From: Patescibacteria group bacterium
Lineage (GTDB): Bacteria; Patescibacteriota; Patescibacteriia; 2-01-FULL-39-33
DNA: 32,000 bases
Assembly: GCA_041662745.1 (NCBI GenBank)
Contig: JBAZRV010000003.1
Location: forward strand, 30,001 to 62,000
Reading direction: 5' to 3'
The position numbers and the translations under genes were made by a program. Positions 30,386 to 32,000 of this stretch are shown one piece after another. Under the pieces are notes generated by a model, which saw only the letters and a list, made by a program, of their open reading frames with translations, searched no databases and was not told the origin of the DNA. Numbering within the stretch: the first letter of the stretch is position 1; each line of letters opens with the position of its first letter.

Positions 30386-31444
30386 ATGAAAGAAAAACTT
30401 AGCCAATTAAAGGCGCAATTCACCGAAGAATCGGCAAAGGTCAAATCAGCCAAAGAGCTGGAGGAGCTGGAGAGTAGATTTTTGAGTCGTAAAAGCGGAC
30501 TGCTGACCGGTATCATGAAGGAGATCAAGGATGTGGCCAAGGAAGAGGTGGCGGAAATCGGCGCTTTGGCTAACGAAACCAAGGAATATATCGTTGAGGG
30601 ACTGGCAGCGCTTAAGGGCAATTTGGCCGGCGCCGGCTCTTTTAATTTTGATTTTACCGTGCCCGGCCATAAGCCGCCGGTCGGACATTTGCATTTATCA
30701 ACCATTGCCATCCGCGAAATTGAAAGCATTTTAGAGCCGTTGGGGTTCAAGCGTGTTAGGCATCCTGATATTGAATGGGATTATTATGCTTTTGAAACCC
30801 TGAATATGCCCGGAGATCATCCGGCGCGCGATGATTGGGAAACTTTTTTTATTGATGAAGCGCCGATTAAGATGAATTTGCCGGCTAATTCCAAAAAACT
30901 GGTCAAAGAGGGGAGACGGCTGCTCACTCCGCACACTTCCAGCATTCAGGTGCGTGAAATGGAAAAAGGCGAACTGCCGATTCGGATGATGAATATTTCC
31001 AAATGCTATCGCCGGCAGATTGATGTTTCCCATGTGCCGATGTTCCATCAGTTTGAAGGACTGGTGATTGACAAGGGGATTAACATCACCCATTTGAAAG
31101 GCACGATTGATTATTTTGTTAAGAAATTTTTCGGCGAAGATCGGGTTATTCGTTTGCGTCCGCATCATTTCCAGTTTACCGAACCGAGTTTTGAGGTGGA
31201 TATTTCCTGCGGTTTGTGCAATGGCGCGGGTTGCAAGATGTGCAAAGAGGGCTGGCTGGAACTGGCTGGCGCCGGCATGGTGCACCCCAATGTCCTAAAA
31301 GCCGGAGGAATTGATCCGGAGAAGTATTCCGGGTTTGCTTTCGGTTGGGGTGTGGAGCGATGTTTCTCAATGAAATCGGGACTTAATATTGATGATTTGC
31401 GGTTGATGTATAAGAATGATTTGAGGTTTAATGAACAGTTTTAA
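30386..31444 (+). CDS. pheS: Phenylalanine--tRNA ligase alpha subunit
   Basis: The motifs GDHPARDDWETFF, RPHHFQFTEPSFEVD, GAGMVHPNVL and GFAFGWGVERC are present. Confidence 0.95.
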   Translation: MKEKLSQLKAQFTEESAKVKSAKELEELESRFLSRKSGLLTGIMKEIKDVAKEEVAEIGALANETKEYIVEGLAALKGNLAGAGSFNFDFTVPGHKPPVGHLHLSTIAIREIESILEPLGFKRVRHPDIEWDYYAFETLNMPGDHPARDDWETFFIDEAPIKMNLPANSKKLVKEGRRLLTPHTSSIQVREMEKGELPIRMMNISKCYRRQIDVSHVPMFHQFEGLVIDKGINITHLKGTIDYFVKKFFGEDRVIRLRPHHFQFTEPSFEVDISCGLCNGAGCKMCKEGWLELAGAGMVHPNVLKAGGIDPEKYSGFAFGWGVERCFSMKSGLNIDDLRLMYKNDLRFNEQF

Positions 31445-31468
31445 GATTAATATCATAATTAGTATTAT

Positions 31469-32000
31469 ATGGGTAACCAAATTAAAAACAACAAATTAAA
31501 ATATCTATTTTGGCTATCAAGTATAGCCATAATATTTTGGATAATTTTTGGTCTCGGCTTGCAAAGGGATTATAAGAACTGCGGTAGTGCAATCTCTAAA
31601 ATTTCCTTTTTTGGAATAGTTTTGTATGAGTACGATAATCCGTGTCCTGTTACAAATACAAAAACACCAGAATTAAGTGACTTAGATATATTTTCGATAG
31701 AAATTAATAGGCATCCAAATTTGAGAGGATTTCCATTTTCTGAAGTTGTAGATTTTTCTCGTTTTGATAAAAGTAATTTGAAAGCTATTTGGATGATTAT
31801 ATCATTTGTTTCATTATTGAATTTGATTTTTTATTTTGTTTTTTTTCAAATACTATTTAAAATTTTAGATAAGGTTAGTAACAATTATAGAAAAATAGTT
31901 TTTATAATTTTGATGATTACGATTTCTCTTATATTTTTAATTATATCATCTATAAATGCCAAATATTCTTTAAGTTATTTAACTTTCTATTCAATTTTAA
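31469..32000 (+). CDS. Hypothetical membrane protein, very AT-rich, with the 3' end outside the window
   Basis: I translated an open frame from the ATG at 31469 to the window end (MGNQIKNNKLKYLFWLSSIAIIFWIIFGLGL...). It has several hydrophobic helices. It is absent from the track because no stop is reached. Confidence 0.5.
   Translation, partial: MGNQIKNNKLKYLFWLSSIAIIFWIIFGLGLQRDYKNCGSAISKISFFGIVLYEYDNPCPVTNTKTPELSDLDIFSIEINRHPNLRGFPFSEVVDFSRFDKSNLKAIWMIISFVSLLNLIFYFVFFQILFKILDKVSNNYRKIVFIILMITISLIFLIISSINAKYSLSYLTFYSIL

Overview
The window is a tightly packed bacterial stretch, almost entirely on the plus strand. Its gene content suggests a small-genome fermentative bacterium, plausibly Patescibacteria/CPR; this is inference only. 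The supporting content is lower glycolysis (pgk, eno, two tandem gpmI), nucleotide salvage (dCMP-deaminase-like, MTAP, APRT), a group-3b-type [NiFe] hydrogenase, recurrent TGnTATAAT promoters and GTCATYCC...GGAATGAC palindromic repeats. Gene order is as follows. A UvrD/PcrA helicase is cut by the window start. Two orphan genes follow, then a CDP-archaeol-synthase (CarS) family gene, rmuC, and deaminase/MTAP/apt. A Cys-rich miniprotein precedes a 10-gene hydrogenase operon in which the four structural genes (hydB, hydG, hydD, hydA) are interleaved with six others: an AT-rich radical-SAM gene, a membrane-anchored methyltransferase, a micro-membrane protein, hypC, a 252-aa protein and an 84-aa protein. 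Next come a four-helix-bundle (23S-IVS-protein family) cassette flanked by inverted heptamer arrays and a Zn-ribbon-less hypA-like gene. Two minus-strand envelope genes follow, then pgk, SIMPL, HD, eno, gpmI x2 and a MacAB-like adaptor/ATPase/permease. After a membrane protein and a repeat cluster come pheS and an AT-rich partial membrane ORF. The most unusual segment is 27.9-29.4 kb, between the MacAB-like genes and that membrane protein. A textbook sigma70 promoter drives about 0.95 kb of ORF-free, GC-elevated, densely base-paired sequence. That runs into two translationally coupled CxxC...YCPxCAE zinc-ribbon miniproteins and a terminator-like hairpin. The whole unit is bracketed by inverted perfect DnaA-box 9-mers. 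I could not assign this RNA to any family I know. All calls rest on reading the sequence and the ORF track; no searches were run.
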